64,000 bases of DNA from a virus (taxonomy: Duplodnaviria > Caudoviricetes). Positions 1 through 9,994 of the stretch are shown one piece after another (the stretch's first letter is position 1; each line of letters begins with the position of its first letter). The stretch spans positions 64,001 to 128,000 of the IMG/VR virus record IMGVR_UViG_3300028549_001457. One strand, written 5' to 3'. A model generated the notes under the pieces. It had not been told where the DNA came from. It made no database searches and worked only from the letters and a program-made list of their open reading frames with translations. The position numbers were made by a program, and so were the translations under genes.

Positions 1-23
1 CTCTGTCATTTGGTGGGGTCGAG

Positions 24-2147
24 ATGTTCCTTATGAACATTACCAGATCGGCCACTCAAGCAGGGGTGTCTAACGAAAAATTCATGAAAATAACGCGCAG
101 TCTTGCGAATGAACAGACAAACTACGGAACCGAATTAAAAAACACTTCTAGGATTCTTTCTACATTAGGGGAGAGTGGGCGGTATACGTCCGAGACCCTG
201 AAAAAATCTTTCGAGACACTCATTCCCGATAAACAAAGTATTGAACAGAAGGTTGTCGCAAATTCTATGGCTATGCAAAACTCGGGAGTAAAGGCCAGTG
301 TTATTGGGTCCATTAAGTCTGCGATAACTGATCTCGATACACGTGAAGCTGAGTTGCAAGCAATTATAGATGCAAACCCAACATCCTCAGCGGCTCAAGA
401 TGCCAAAAAAGAACAACAATCCATGGTTGTGAAGCGGAGTGGCCTAAAAGAAAACCTATCCGCGTGGTCTTCTGGAAATGCGTATGCTGCTGCTGGGGCG
501 CAGGATTACCTCCCTACCACTGCTAAGCTAACCGCAGCCATTGGCGCTATGGGGGCACAGATGCCCATGCTTAGGGAGGGTATGAAGAGAGGTCTTGGGT
601 TAGACCAACTTCTTGAGGCGGCTAGGTCACTGGACCCCACTACACGTAATATGCTAGCCACTGTGTATGGCATTAAAGATCCTGTAGAGGCCCTCGCTCA
701 GTTGAAGCCTCTACTAGAGGGTGCTGCAGCAAAAATTAAGAACGCCTTTTTTGATGCCGATGGAAAAAAACGCAGCACCCTTGGGTCTGATGAGGAGAGT
801 ATCAACCGATTCACTGAAATACTTACTTCCGCTGGCATGTCTGAGAAAGAGGCTAGGGAGAAGGTTGCCTCATTAGCCAGTGGCAATGATGACGGAACAG
901 GAACCAGTGGTAATGCGGTTAGGAAGGCTATTGAAGGGCTCTTCAAAAACTCTCAAGGAGAGCTTGCTCTGTCCAATCGGAATATTGCGCTTGCAGAGAA
1001 GAGTGGTGCAAAAGCTGAAGAGGAGACCCGCGTTAGGCAGACGGAGGCCGAGAAGCTTAGAGCTACCTTGGCCCAATCTAACGTAGCATCTACGGACACC
1101 GCTGATAAGATTAAACAATGGATGGAGCCGTTGTTAGAAACTGGGAACGAGTGGTTAGCTACCATGACAGCGGGTTTCTCCGCAGCGTTTGATAAGTTTG
1201 GGAATGGGGTGCGTGATCGGGAAAAAGCCGCTGCAGCAAAGCGGCAAGATGCCATCATTTCAGGGGCAGAATCGTCTATTTCTGATGCTCAGGATGCCAT
1301 CAACAAAATTGATTTTGCCGCAAATGCTCGGGATGAGCAGGATCCAGCCAAGAAACAGTTAGCTTCTGAGTTAGGTGAGTCGAAAAAACAATCTGAAATA
1401 GAAGTTGAAAGGACCCGTAGGGTACATGGTCTCGGGTCTGATCAACATAGGGAGGCCGTAGCTAACCTAGAAAATGTGTCCAAAGCTAGTGCAGAAGCTA
1501 CCAAAGCATGGCGGGATTCTCGGTATACCTCAGAAGAAAAAGCTGAACTAGACAAGCTTAAGAAGACTATAGCCTCTAAAAAAGCGCTAATAGATCGCAC
1601 ACAGTCTGGTGAGGGTGCGGCAAAACAATACGGGGCTTTTGCAATAAGAGCAACGGATGATGAAGCTAAAGTTCTCACAAAAAACTTAGATAGCTCCCGT
1701 GCTATGAGCAAAGATTCGAAGTTATTCGAGTCGAAATTATTTACCAAAGATCTAGGGGCTGAAATGGAGCTAACCCCTGAAGAGTTGAAAGATGCTAGTG
1801 GTGAACGAAAAATTAAGAGTCTTAATTTTGAGGCACTCGGTAAACTAAAACCAGATCAACTTGCAGCAGCAATTGGTGTTGGCGATAAGGGTCTAGGAGA
1901 GTCTGGACGCAGCGCTCTGTTATCCGCAGCACAATCTGCAGAGGGTAAATTTAGCGGAAAAGAAATGGAAATGTGGCGTAATATTTTAAGCGTGTTAGAA
2001 TCTATGAATGGTAAGCCCACTGGAAACTCTAATGTTATAAATGTTGGGACTCCGGGGGTTGAAGCTTCTCGAAGTGGTGGTTCTAAAGCCTTTACTGTTC
2101 CATCCGGAACTCCCAGAGTGGATAACTCCGGCGACAACTATACCTAG
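24..2147 (+). CDS. Tape measure protein, C-terminal part (5'-truncated by window edge)
   Basis: Frame is open from base 3, with no stop before the ATG at 24. Ala/Lys/Glu-rich helical sequence immediately upstream of the baseplate genes. Confidence 0.7.
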   Translation: MFLMNITRSATQAGVSNEKFMKITRSLANEQTNYGTELKNTSRILSTLGESGRYTSETLKKSFETLIPDKQSIEQKVVANSMAMQNSGVKASVIGSIKSAITDLDTREAELQAIIDANPTSSAAQDAKKEQQSMVVKRSGLKENLSAWSSGNAYAAAGAQDYLPTTAKLTAAIGAMGAQMPMLREGMKRGLGLDQLLEAARSLDPTTRNMLATVYGIKDPVEALAQLKPLLEGAAAKIKNAFFDADGKKRSTLGSDEESINRFTEILTSAGMSEKEAREKVASLASGNDDGTGTSGNAVRKAIEGLFKNSQGELALSNRNIALAEKSGAKAEEETRVRQTEAEKLRATLAQSNVASTDTADKIKQWMEPLLETGNEWLATMTAGFSAAFDKFGNGVRDREKAAAAKRQDAIISGAESSISDAQDAINKIDFAANARDEQDPAKKQLASELGESKKQSEIEVERTRRVHGLGSDQHREAVANLENVSKASAEATKAWRDSRYTSEEKAELDKLKKTIASKKALIDRTQSGEGAAKQYGAFAIRATDDEAKVLTKNLDSSRAMSKDSKLFESKLFTKDLGAEMELTPEELKDASGERKIKSLNFEALGKLKPDQLAAAIGVGDKGLGESGRSALLSAAQSAEGKFSGKEMEMWRNILSVLESMNGKPTGNSNVINVGTPGVEASRSGGSKAFTVPSGTPRVDNSGDNYT

Positions 2148-2157
2148 GTGATTTGGT

Positions 2158-3324
2158 ATGTCTGATTTCCTATATAATCCAGGTGCCCCTGGCCCCATGA
2201 TGCTCAAAGGGGGTAGCTTTACAGGTTCTGATGCCCATGAACGTGCTCAGAACCCTGCTCTGCGTTTCGCTGACCACATTGTAAAATTTAAATTAACCCT
2301 ACCCACCCTCAGTAGTCATAAGCTAACCCCCCAATATCAAGCTCTCTATGAGGCGTATGAACAGCTTCAGGGGCAGGGTAGAGGTAATTCGTTTGTGTTA
2401 TATGCCCTCCTACAAGACTTTAATGAATCTGTTGAGCAAGCTATTACTAATAAACGATCCAAGGGTGGTTTTGTTGAAAATCACTGGGGGCCTCGCCCCT
2501 CGCTGGTCTCTGCGTCAGGGATCGTGGGGGTGCATCTTTCCGCTTTTGGGTTAACCCCTTTTCAAGTTGAGGACCCAGACGGTCAGTCCGAGACTGTCCT
2601 CTACTGGGACCCCACCACCAATATGACTCTTTCAGGGACTCCTTCAGCTTCAGCTCCAAGTGGGCAGAACTCTCAGTGGATGTCGAAACAGCTCCAAACT
2701 CTTGGAAATACGCTCATCAATCAGATAGGGGCTAATTCTTCTGGGGCTACCGGAGATCTCCTACAGTCTGTTAATTTTGGGGCCAGCACGGGATCTTCGG
2801 GATCCCCTAACTATCAGACCATTGATCAGAATCAGGCTGCTAGAACTGGCACTAATGCAGCCTTCAGAAAATTTAGAATGATTCTAGATCTTTTTAAGAT
2901 GAATGGTGTTATCTTCGATACGATTCCTAATCCGGACATATACCCATCTACTTTGGTTGCGTCAGATGTTTATTACGACACAAAGCTCAATAAATATGTT
3001 AAACCACCGTCTATTGTAGACCAGCAAAGGACGTTAGGTGACCTAAGTAATTTAGATGCTTTAAGACGAGACGAAAACCTAGCTCCGGGTAATGTTCGAG
3101 CTGTTCTCCCTATTGAAATGTATGTTAAAGACACCGTCTACACAGGGTTTTTTGAATCGTTTAATTATCAATTATCGGAGGAAGCTCCGTTTTCAGCGCA
3201 CTATGACTTTACCTTTAAAGCTAAGAACACTCAAAGAACTGCTGTATTCTACCCAGATGGGACTGCGGGTAAAAAGCCTTACTCACTTATCATAAATCAG
3301 AATATGACACCTGGGTCGAGGTAA
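2158..3324 (+). CDS. Tail tube initiator / baseplate hub-associated protein
   Basis: Follows tape measure. C-terminal VYTGFFESFNYQLSEEAPFSAHYDFTFKA is a tube-fold-like beta pattern seen in contractile-tail initiators. Confidence 0.55.
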   Translation: MSDFLYNPGAPGPMMLKGGSFTGSDAHERAQNPALRFADHIVKFKLTLPTLSSHKLTPQYQALYEAYEQLQGQGRGNSFVLYALLQDFNESVEQAITNKRSKGGFVENHWGPRPSLVSASGIVGVHLSAFGLTPFQVEDPDGQSETVLYWDPTTNMTLSGTPSASAPSGQNSQWMSKQLQTLGNTLINQIGANSSGATGDLLQSVNFGASTGSSGSPNYQTIDQNQAARTGTNAAFRKFRMILDLFKMNGVIFDTIPNPDIYPSTLVASDVYYDTKLNKYVKPPSIVDQQRTLGDLSNLDALRRDENLAPGNVRAVLPIEMYVKDTVYTGFFESFNYQLSEEAPFSAHYDFTFKAKNTQRTAVFYPDGTAGKKPYSLIINQNMTPGSR

Positions 3325-3325
3325 T

Positions 3326-5098
3326 ATGAGTCTTTTTTCGTTTCTTGGATTTGGGGGGGCTACCACAGAAAGCTCCCCTCCCCCTAGTCAGGGGATGACC
3401 ACGGCTCAGCTTCAACGTGCGGCTATCACAAAGCCTTCCAAAAGTATCGCGCTGGGAGGGGGGCTTCCAGCCTTAAATTGGGGGTCCATTCAGGGGGTTA
3501 TTGGGAGTGCTCAGAATTTAACAAATGGAGCCTCCCAGAACTCAGGCGGGTCTTTTGCCACATCCGCCTCTAACATTGCGTCCGAGTTCCTGGGGGGTAA
3601 TGCCGCGAAAGGTGCTGCCGGTCTTTTTACGGATGACAAGGGAAACCCCTCAAGCCCTATCATGGGGCTGGTTTCAGGGGGACTAGGGGCTCTCACATAC
3701 AGCCTAGTTAGCGGTGCTACTAGGGAGTCTGTTTTTGGAACCGCCATTTCTGCTGGAAGCAATCTAAACCTAAAATCTGTTCAGAATTTCCTAGGTCAAG
3801 CGCAGAGTGTTACCCATAAACTCACGGATACATTTGGATTCTTATTTCCATCTGCTTCGGATTATAACGAGGTTTCGCTTCTAGCTAGAGTTAAGCCCCT
3901 TGGGAGTGATAGCAACATAAAATATTCTGTAGCACCTTTTATCCCCACGCTTTCTGGGCATGAAGTTTCCTGGCAACGAAACGGGGAGGGAACAGATGCT
4001 ATTTCTCAGATTAAAAAATCTCATGCCGTTGCGTCTCGTATGAGTTTTAGGTTGGATGGTCGCAATACAGTTATGTCTTTGTTAGTTGGACCTAAGCAGG
4101 TTGGCATAGCCAGATCTCAAGTCATATCTAACTCTGTTTCTAGAACTGGCTTTATCGTCAATCCCACTGGACCTGGGGAGTTTGATGTCTCCGTATCGGG
4201 CACTACTGCTGGGTTTTATGAGCAAGGGGGTCTCACCACCCGAGAAACAAAGACTGTAGCATACTCAAATCTACTCCTACTGTATAACTTCTTCCTTAAC
4301 AATGGATATATTCTTGATGATGAGACTAGCGCTAAGCAATCTGATGATCCCAATATGCCCATTAAGTCTGTATATAGCCCTCCAGACTTTAGCGATGATA
4401 GCCCAGTTAGGCGTATTAATTCAATGAGTTATGTGGCAATTGAGTGGCAGAAGTGGGTTTGGTGGGGCTATTTTAAATCTTTTAAAATTAGCGATATTGC
4501 CGATGCCCCCTACACGCTCAATTATGATTTTACATTTAGGGTTTGTCATGAGACCGATTTGTTTAAAATAGATAATTTACGTGGGGACTCTAGGCAGACC
4601 CCAAAAGTAACTGGGCATGTTACGAAGGGCTACTCCCCAGAACGTGCGCTTGCGTCTAAAGTCTTAGGGGGTAAGCCACCCGCCAATCTAGAAGACCCAA
4701 ATCCCAAACATAAAAATGTCATGATGAGTAATTTTATGTTTGACGATGATACTAGCCCCCTGTCCGCTCTAGACCAACGGGTCTCCCTCGATCAGGCTGC
4801 TTATAGGTTATCTATTGCGGGTTACTCGCTAAATTTCCAATCTGGTCCGCAAGGTATGAGGTTTTTTGGACAGAATCCCGATGGGGTTGGGATTGACCTC
4901 TGCGGACGAGCTAACGAGCGTTCCCTTACGATAAATAATCCAGGGGCTTCCCCCGTCCGATACATCAATACTGCCACGCAATCTTCGGATGTATCTGGCA
5001 ATCCCGTCATATATGGGGTTGTTAAAGCTGGTCCCGATGGTATCTCCTCTTCGTATACTCAAGAAGGCACCTTAGCAGATCCCCCCAATAATATATAA
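3326..5098 (+). CDS. Second tube-initiator-like baseplate protein (paralog of 2158-3324)
   Basis: Shares the motif WWGYFKSFKISDIADAPYTLNYDFTFRV and an upstream F..F..NG.I.D segment with the previous ORF. Gly/Ser-rich N-terminus. Confidence 0.5.
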   Translation: MSLFSFLGFGGATTESSPPPSQGMTTAQLQRAAITKPSKSIALGGGLPALNWGSIQGVIGSAQNLTNGASQNSGGSFATSASNIASEFLGGNAAKGAAGLFTDDKGNPSSPIMGLVSGGLGALTYSLVSGATRESVFGTAISAGSNLNLKSVQNFLGQAQSVTHKLTDTFGFLFPSASDYNEVSLLARVKPLGSDSNIKYSVAPFIPTLSGHEVSWQRNGEGTDAISQIKKSHAVASRMSFRLDGRNTVMSLLVGPKQVGIARSQVISNSVSRTGFIVNPTGPGEFDVSVSGTTAGFYEQGGLTTRETKTVAYSNLLLLYNFFLNNGYILDDETSAKQSDDPNMPIKSVYSPPDFSDDSPVRRINSMSYVAIEWQKWVWWGYFKSFKISDIADAPYTLNYDFTFRVCHETDLFKIDNLRGDSRQTPKVTGHVTKGYSPERALASKVLGGKPPANLEDPNPKHKNVMMSNFMFDDDTSPLSALDQRVSLDQAAYRLSIAGYSLNFQSGPQGMRFFGQNPDGVGIDLCGRANERSLTINNPGASPVRYINTATQSSDVSGNPVIYGVVKAGPDGISSSYTQEGTLADPPNNI

Positions 5099-5132
5099 AA
5101 GTAAGTATCTTCTTAGTAGAGGGGTCTCGGAT

Positions 5133-8100
5133 ATGGATGGCAAGTCAAAAGATACGTATACAATCCCACGCTCATACCCAGGGACTCCTATACCGGATAC
5201 AGATGCAGGTGGCGCTCCTTCAGGTGTGCTTGCAGACCCTGTAACTAAAGATGCCCCTTCCACTAAAGAGTTTACGCCCACCGCTGCAAAGCCCATGTAT
5301 GACTTTTTCTTTTCCGAGGTGTTCCAGCAGCTACCAAAGCTACGATTAGCTCCTGATCTTTTAGTCTATGTTAATAGGGCTAGAACCATCACTACATGGA
5401 CGGGGATTTCTTTTGATATAAACGACTGGTTGGTTTCAGCAAATGGCGGGTCCGGTATGGATCGCCAGCACATGTGTACTCTATCATTTTATGTCCCACG
5501 ACACCTTGAGACCTTATTTATTGGGTTAGGGGGCCGCTTTGTTCTTCGCCCGTTTCATGAGATTGAGGTTTATGCTAAGGGACGGTTCCTTGTTGACGGT
5601 AAAACTTTGGCTACTTCGGATGCAGAGCTATACGGGGATTATTTAGACCCCTCTGATCCGGATATCCCCACGGCTAGGTATTACCGAATTTACTGGGGGT
5701 ATGTTGCCTCCATCACTTCTGAATGGCTTGAGGGAGATTACCAATATACCATTCAGTGTGCTCCAATTCTTCGACTGTTTGACCTAACGCACTTACGTCA
5801 GAGTAGCACCGCCATGTCTGCTGCAGGGACCCAGACGGGGATATCTGCCCATGGCAACCCTGGCATGGTAGGGAACCCGCTTCAGATTATTCTAGCCGTA
5901 TACAATAGAGAAGTGGGTGTTTTAGAGGAGTTGAATACTACCACTTTTACGGATGGCACAAATAACGTTGCCCCGTCTTTGAGGGATTCAAATAGCTACC
6001 GGAGGCTGGCTGGTAGAGCCTTTGCTACATGGCAGGCTAGGCTTGAGGAAGTGAAAAAACGGACTACATTCTACGGGCTAGCCTACCGAGACCCTGTTAC
6101 GTTAGAGCTAACCACGGATAAGTTGGATTTCTATAAACTCTTGAGTAAGGAGGCTGGCAGAGACCCCATGTCTACCATCCCCGTGAATGTGTCAAACGGA
6201 ACTCAAGTAGGGCCTTATGATGGGTCCTTTCAGGATAGGCATATGGGTTTTAGCTTTTGCCTCCAAGACTTTGCTATGGCTAATTTCTCACCCTTCTTTC
6301 CTATTAGTCAGTTTCAGCTATTTCACTTGAACGAGAACACCAAGCGTGGGGAAATTCTAGCGCAAATGGCTGATCTAATGGGTTATGAGTTCTATCAAGA
6401 TTTAAATGGTAATGTTATTTTTAAGCCGCCTTTCTATAATATGGACGTTCGTTCAGATGCTGTATTTAATATCAATGATATTGATATCCTTTCTGAACAA
6501 CTAATCGAAGATGAGTCCCAGATAACTACTACAAATGCTCTTGTAATGGGGAGTAAGCATGACATGATCCAGAATTCTATGTCGAAGGATGTTCGCCCCC
6601 AAGCTCAGGCAATAGACCTCCGACTTCTGGCTAAGTATGGTCAGCGTTTTAAACAAATTGAATTACCAATGCTGCGAAATCCTCAGGAATGCTATGCCTA
6701 CGCAGTTATATCAATGGCAAAAGAAAATCGACGATTCACTCAGATTAACATTCAAATACCCGCTAGACCTGAGTTAATGCTCGGGTTCCCTGTTTACCTC
6801 CAGGGTAGAGACTGTTTTGGGTATCTAGAACGCATTCAGTGGTCCTACTCAGCGGGGAACGACTTTACGTTTAGTCTGTCCCTTACTAGTGTGCGTAGGC
6901 GAATGTATATGGATAAATCTAGGTATAAGTGGATTATGGGTAGTCGTATGCGGGATGTACTCAAAGATCCCAGCTCTAACGAACCCACCCCCACCACCGA
7001 AGCTTCTAAAACTCCCGTTCAGAGTGCCGAAAAATCAAACGCGGAACCAGCAGATAAACCTAAAGCTAGTGATAAGGCTGTTGTTAAGACCCCTTCTAAT
7101 CCCCTAAACTTATACACAGAGTTAATTAGGGTTGCCTCCTCCAAGGTTGGAGTGGGAGGGGAGGATACTAGTCAGGACCCCGCTGTAAACGCCTTTAGAC
7201 ATGCTGTATGGGGGGATGCAACAAAGGGAACAGAGCAATGGTGTATGGCTTTTGCTCAGTATTGTGTTGCAGAGGTCGCCAACATTCATGATAAAGCCTC
7301 TACGTTGCCAGTGACAGGGGGGTCTCAAGATGCTTTTAATTTAGCAGTCCAGCGTTTTCCAAAATACGCGATTTCTGCATCTGAATTTATGCATAATTCT
7401 GATAAAGCCAGCCGGGTGGGGCCTGGGTGGATTATTATCTGGAGACACAATAAACCCCCCACTCCAGGGGCTGGTCATACCAGTATTGTTCAAACAATCC
7501 ATGATAACCGAAAAACCTGCACTTCTATAGATGGGAACGCTGCGGGGGGTAAAGTGGTGGTCAATAGGCCACGCACACTTCCTTTTCAGCCGAATCCCAA
7601 TAAGGAATACCCGTATGATCTTGAGTTAGTTGGGTTCATAGATCCCTGGGGCGTTGGTGGCGTAAAACCCGCAGCCCCTCATGCTCTCACAAGTGATTCT
7701 ACTAGTGGGGTTCCCTTTGATTCGGGAACATTATACTCCCGCAATGCAGCCTCATGGAGTTCTTCCGGTGCTCCTGGGCGAGACGCTTCCAAGAAAGATC
7801 TCCTAGATCTAGTCCCGTTAGCTAATGCAGTGCTACAAACGTTCCCTCCTTCCGTAAAGGCCGTTGAGGACGATACGTCAACTGAAAAAGAACGGGGTGA
7901 TGCCGAGAAGGTCGCTGTTTCAGAAGGTCGCGGGAAGGCTCTCGATAAAGCTGCTGCAACTATTCAAGCCAAGGAACAGGCTCTCCTAGAAGCTCAGGCG
8001 GCATTTAAGGTAGCGAAGGAGGCAGCGGATGCTAAAAAGCTGCAATTAGATACTGAATTAAGTGACGCGCTTCAGTATGAGGCAACCCTCATGACCGCTA

Positions 8101-9926
8101 CTGAGGAGCAGGACTGGGGGCTTGCACCATTCATAAATTTACCCGAGAATCAAGAAATTGGTGAAAAATATATAGAACTTAGAGACGCTGCCCAATCAGC
8201 TAAAATAGCATACTTAAATGCCGGTTTCTTTGACGGGAAAGCTTCTAAAAAATTAATGGCAGATACCCTTTACGCGGAATTCCTTAAGTATAAAGATTTG
8301 CAGGTTGAAACGTATAAAACATCTCTTTCTAATGATATAGCTTCTAAACGTAAACTCTGCGAGTTGTTTGACTCATCCCCAGAAGGTCTAGCGAAGAGGT
8401 CCTCCTTTGATACTCTTTCGAAGGCCACCTCAGAATTGGCCGCGAGTAGGCAGGCTTATGTAGACACTAACTCTATTATCCAGATGGAGTCTGCAGGCAT
8501 TTCAACCAACTTAAAAAATAGTATCCAAGGGGAGGGGTTGGATACGTCCGTGGATGATGTCCTAGATTGTGATCCCGACATGCAAATTTTTGCTTTTGGG
8601 CAGGATACCTTTAGAACCCCCGCCCTTAAAGGTGGTGTGGATGAAAAAGAATTTAAAAAAGAGACTGTTAGGCAAACCACACTAAATAAGGCAACGTTCT
8701 TTAGGCCAAATACGTTTAATCCATACAGGATTGTCATAGATGCCCGGATGATGGGCAGACTTGCCCCATATTCCAATAAAGATTCATCTATGTCTACAAA
8801 TTCGGGAAATTATGCTAAGGGGGACCTCAACAGTATTGGGAGTCAGGCTACCACAGGTAAGACTTCCCAGGATGCTGAGAATATTATAAAAGCTAGAGAG
8901 CAGGCTGTTGCCGCTGCAAAACTAGCCGAGGCTAAAAAGTTGGATATGGAAAAAGCTAGTAGAACCAATGTGGTTAAGTCCTCCGTTTTAGATTCTTGTC
9001 AGACCGCCTATGACGCCGCCCTAGCTAAGTATCCCGAAGAGATCCTTAAATTAATGACTTCAGCCTGGGCCTCCGAGCTAGAGGCTACTGCAACATGCTC
9101 TTTATTTTTGGGGCAAATCAGCTACCCTCCAGATGCATCTGCCTTTGCTAGTATTACTTCAGCTCAAGAAGCTCTATTGAACTATGTATGTCCGTCTAAG
9201 GTAGCAGCATTCAAGAAGGGGTGGGATACAACGGGGTCCTTTAAATCCCCTAAGGACCCTCTATATGACTCTGTTCTTGTTGATTATGCTGATGCCCTTC
9301 TTGAACAAGCCAATAATACTGTTAGTTTCTACCAAGAATTCGCTGTGGCAAAGGCTAATCTTGAGAGGGCTACAAAAGAGGCTCTGGAGGCTCAGCTTGA
9401 CGTAACTACTAACCAAGATGAGCGCTATCGAATAGATGCCGCAGCTTCTTCCGCATCACGGAAGGCTACTGCGTTGAGTAGGAATGTTACCGCAAATGCG
9501 GCTCCAATTAGTGCTACAGCTATGACCCCTGCAGAGTATATGGCAAGGCTGTGCTTCTCCCAGCCCTATACCGATGCTAATGGGTTTGAGCAAATCCCAG
9601 GGTTTCCTTGGGGGAGAACTGCGGATGTTTGTCAAACTGCGGCTTCGCTTAGGTTGGACTCGACTGCGTTGCAATTTACCCAAATGACGCCCCATCTTTC
9701 GTCTACGGATACTATCCCAAGTAGGGGGGGATTCTCACTCCCACCTCTTAAAACAGCACCACTTGATACGGCTACGTATGTTAATAGCAACCTAACTAAG
9801 TCTTCAGAAGTCCAACTCTCAGCCTCAAGAACCGACTTTGGGGGTTCATGGAGGGATTTCGCCCCGCCCCCTTCAGGGTCAGGAGAACGGGTGCCTATTG
9901 ATACGTCTACTGGGACTCGTTCATAG
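5133..9926 (+). CDS. Baseplate hub (gp27-like) with inserted CHAP peptidoglycan hydrolase and long helical insert
   Basis: Hub-like segments (GYEFYQDLNGNVIFKPPFYN; IPARPELMLGFPVY..RDCFGYLERIQWSY). CHAP motifs QWCMAF (Cys codon 7242), GHTSIV (His 7476), SIDGN (7530). Confidence 0.7.
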   Translation: MDGKSKDTYTIPRSYPGTPIPDTDAGGAPSGVLADPVTKDAPSTKEFTPTAAKPMYDFFFSEVFQQLPKLRLAPDLLVYVNRARTITTWTGISFDINDWLVSANGGSGMDRQHMCTLSFYVPRHLETLFIGLGGRFVLRPFHEIEVYAKGRFLVDGKTLATSDAELYGDYLDPSDPDIPTARYYRIYWGYVASITSEWLEGDYQYTIQCAPILRLFDLTHLRQSSTAMSAAGTQTGISAHGNPGMVGNPLQIILAVYNREVGVLEELNTTTFTDGTNNVAPSLRDSNSYRRLAGRAFATWQARLEEVKKRTTFYGLAYRDPVTLELTTDKLDFYKLLSKEAGRDPMSTIPVNVSNGTQVGPYDGSFQDRHMGFSFCLQDFAMANFSPFFPISQFQLFHLNENTKRGEILAQMADLMGYEFYQDLNGNVIFKPPFYNMDVRSDAVFNINDIDILSEQLIEDESQITTTNALVMGSKHDMIQNSMSKDVRPQAQAIDLRLLAKYGQRFKQIELPMLRNPQECYAYAVISMAKENRRFTQINIQIPARPELMLGFPVYLQGRDCFGYLERIQWSYSAGNDFTFSLSLTSVRRRMYMDKSRYKWIMGSRMRDVLKDPSSNEPTPTTEASKTPVQSAEKSNAEPADKPKASDKAVVKTPSNPLNLYTELIRVASSKVGVGGEDTSQDPAVNAFRHAVWGDATKGTEQWCMAFAQYCVAEVANIHDKASTLPVTGGSQDAFNLAVQRFPKYAISASEFMHNSDKASRVGPGWIIIWRHNKPPTPGAGHTSIVQTIHDNRKTCTSIDGNAAGGKVVVNRPRTLPFQPNPNKEYPYDLELVGFIDPWGVGGVKPAAPHALTSDSTSGVPFDSGTLYSRNAASWSSSGAPGRDASKKDLLDLVPLANAVLQTFPPSVKAVEDDTSTEKERGDAEKVAVSEGRGKALDKAAATIQAKEQALLEAQAAFKVAKEAADAKKLQLDTELSDALQYEATLMTATEEQDWGLAPFINLPENQEIGEKYIELRDAAQSAKIAYLNAGFFDGKASKKLMADTLYAEFLKYKDLQVETYKTSLSNDIASKRKLCELFDSSPEGLAKRSSFDTLSKATSELAASRQAYVDTNSIIQMESAGISTNLKNSIQGEGLDTSVDDVLDCDPDMQIFAFGQDTFRTPALKGGVDEKEFKKETVRQTTLNKATFFRPNTFNPYRIVIDARMMGRLAPYSNKDSSMSTNSGNYAKGDLNSIGSQATTGKTSQDAENIIKAREQAVAAAKLAEAKKLDMEKASRTNVVKSSVLDSCQTAYDAALAKYPEEILKLMTSAWASELEATATCSLFLGQISYPPDASAFASITSAQEALLNYVCPSKVAAFKKGWDTTGSFKSPKDPLYDSVLVDYADALLEQANNTVSFYQEFAVAKANLERATKEALEAQLDVTTNQDERYRIDAAASSASRKATALSRNVTANAAPISATAMTPAEYMARLCFSQPYTDANGFEQIPGFPWGRTADVCQTAASLRLDSTALQFTQMTPHLSSTDTIPSRGGFSLPPLKTAPLDTATYVNSNLTKSSEVQLSASRTDFGGSWRDFAPPPSGSGERVPIDTSTGTRS

Positions 9927-9994
9927 CGTTAAGCGGTTGTCTAGATTGGTGTTCGTTAAGTTAATCTGTATCTCATTTATACGAGTTGGCCCAC

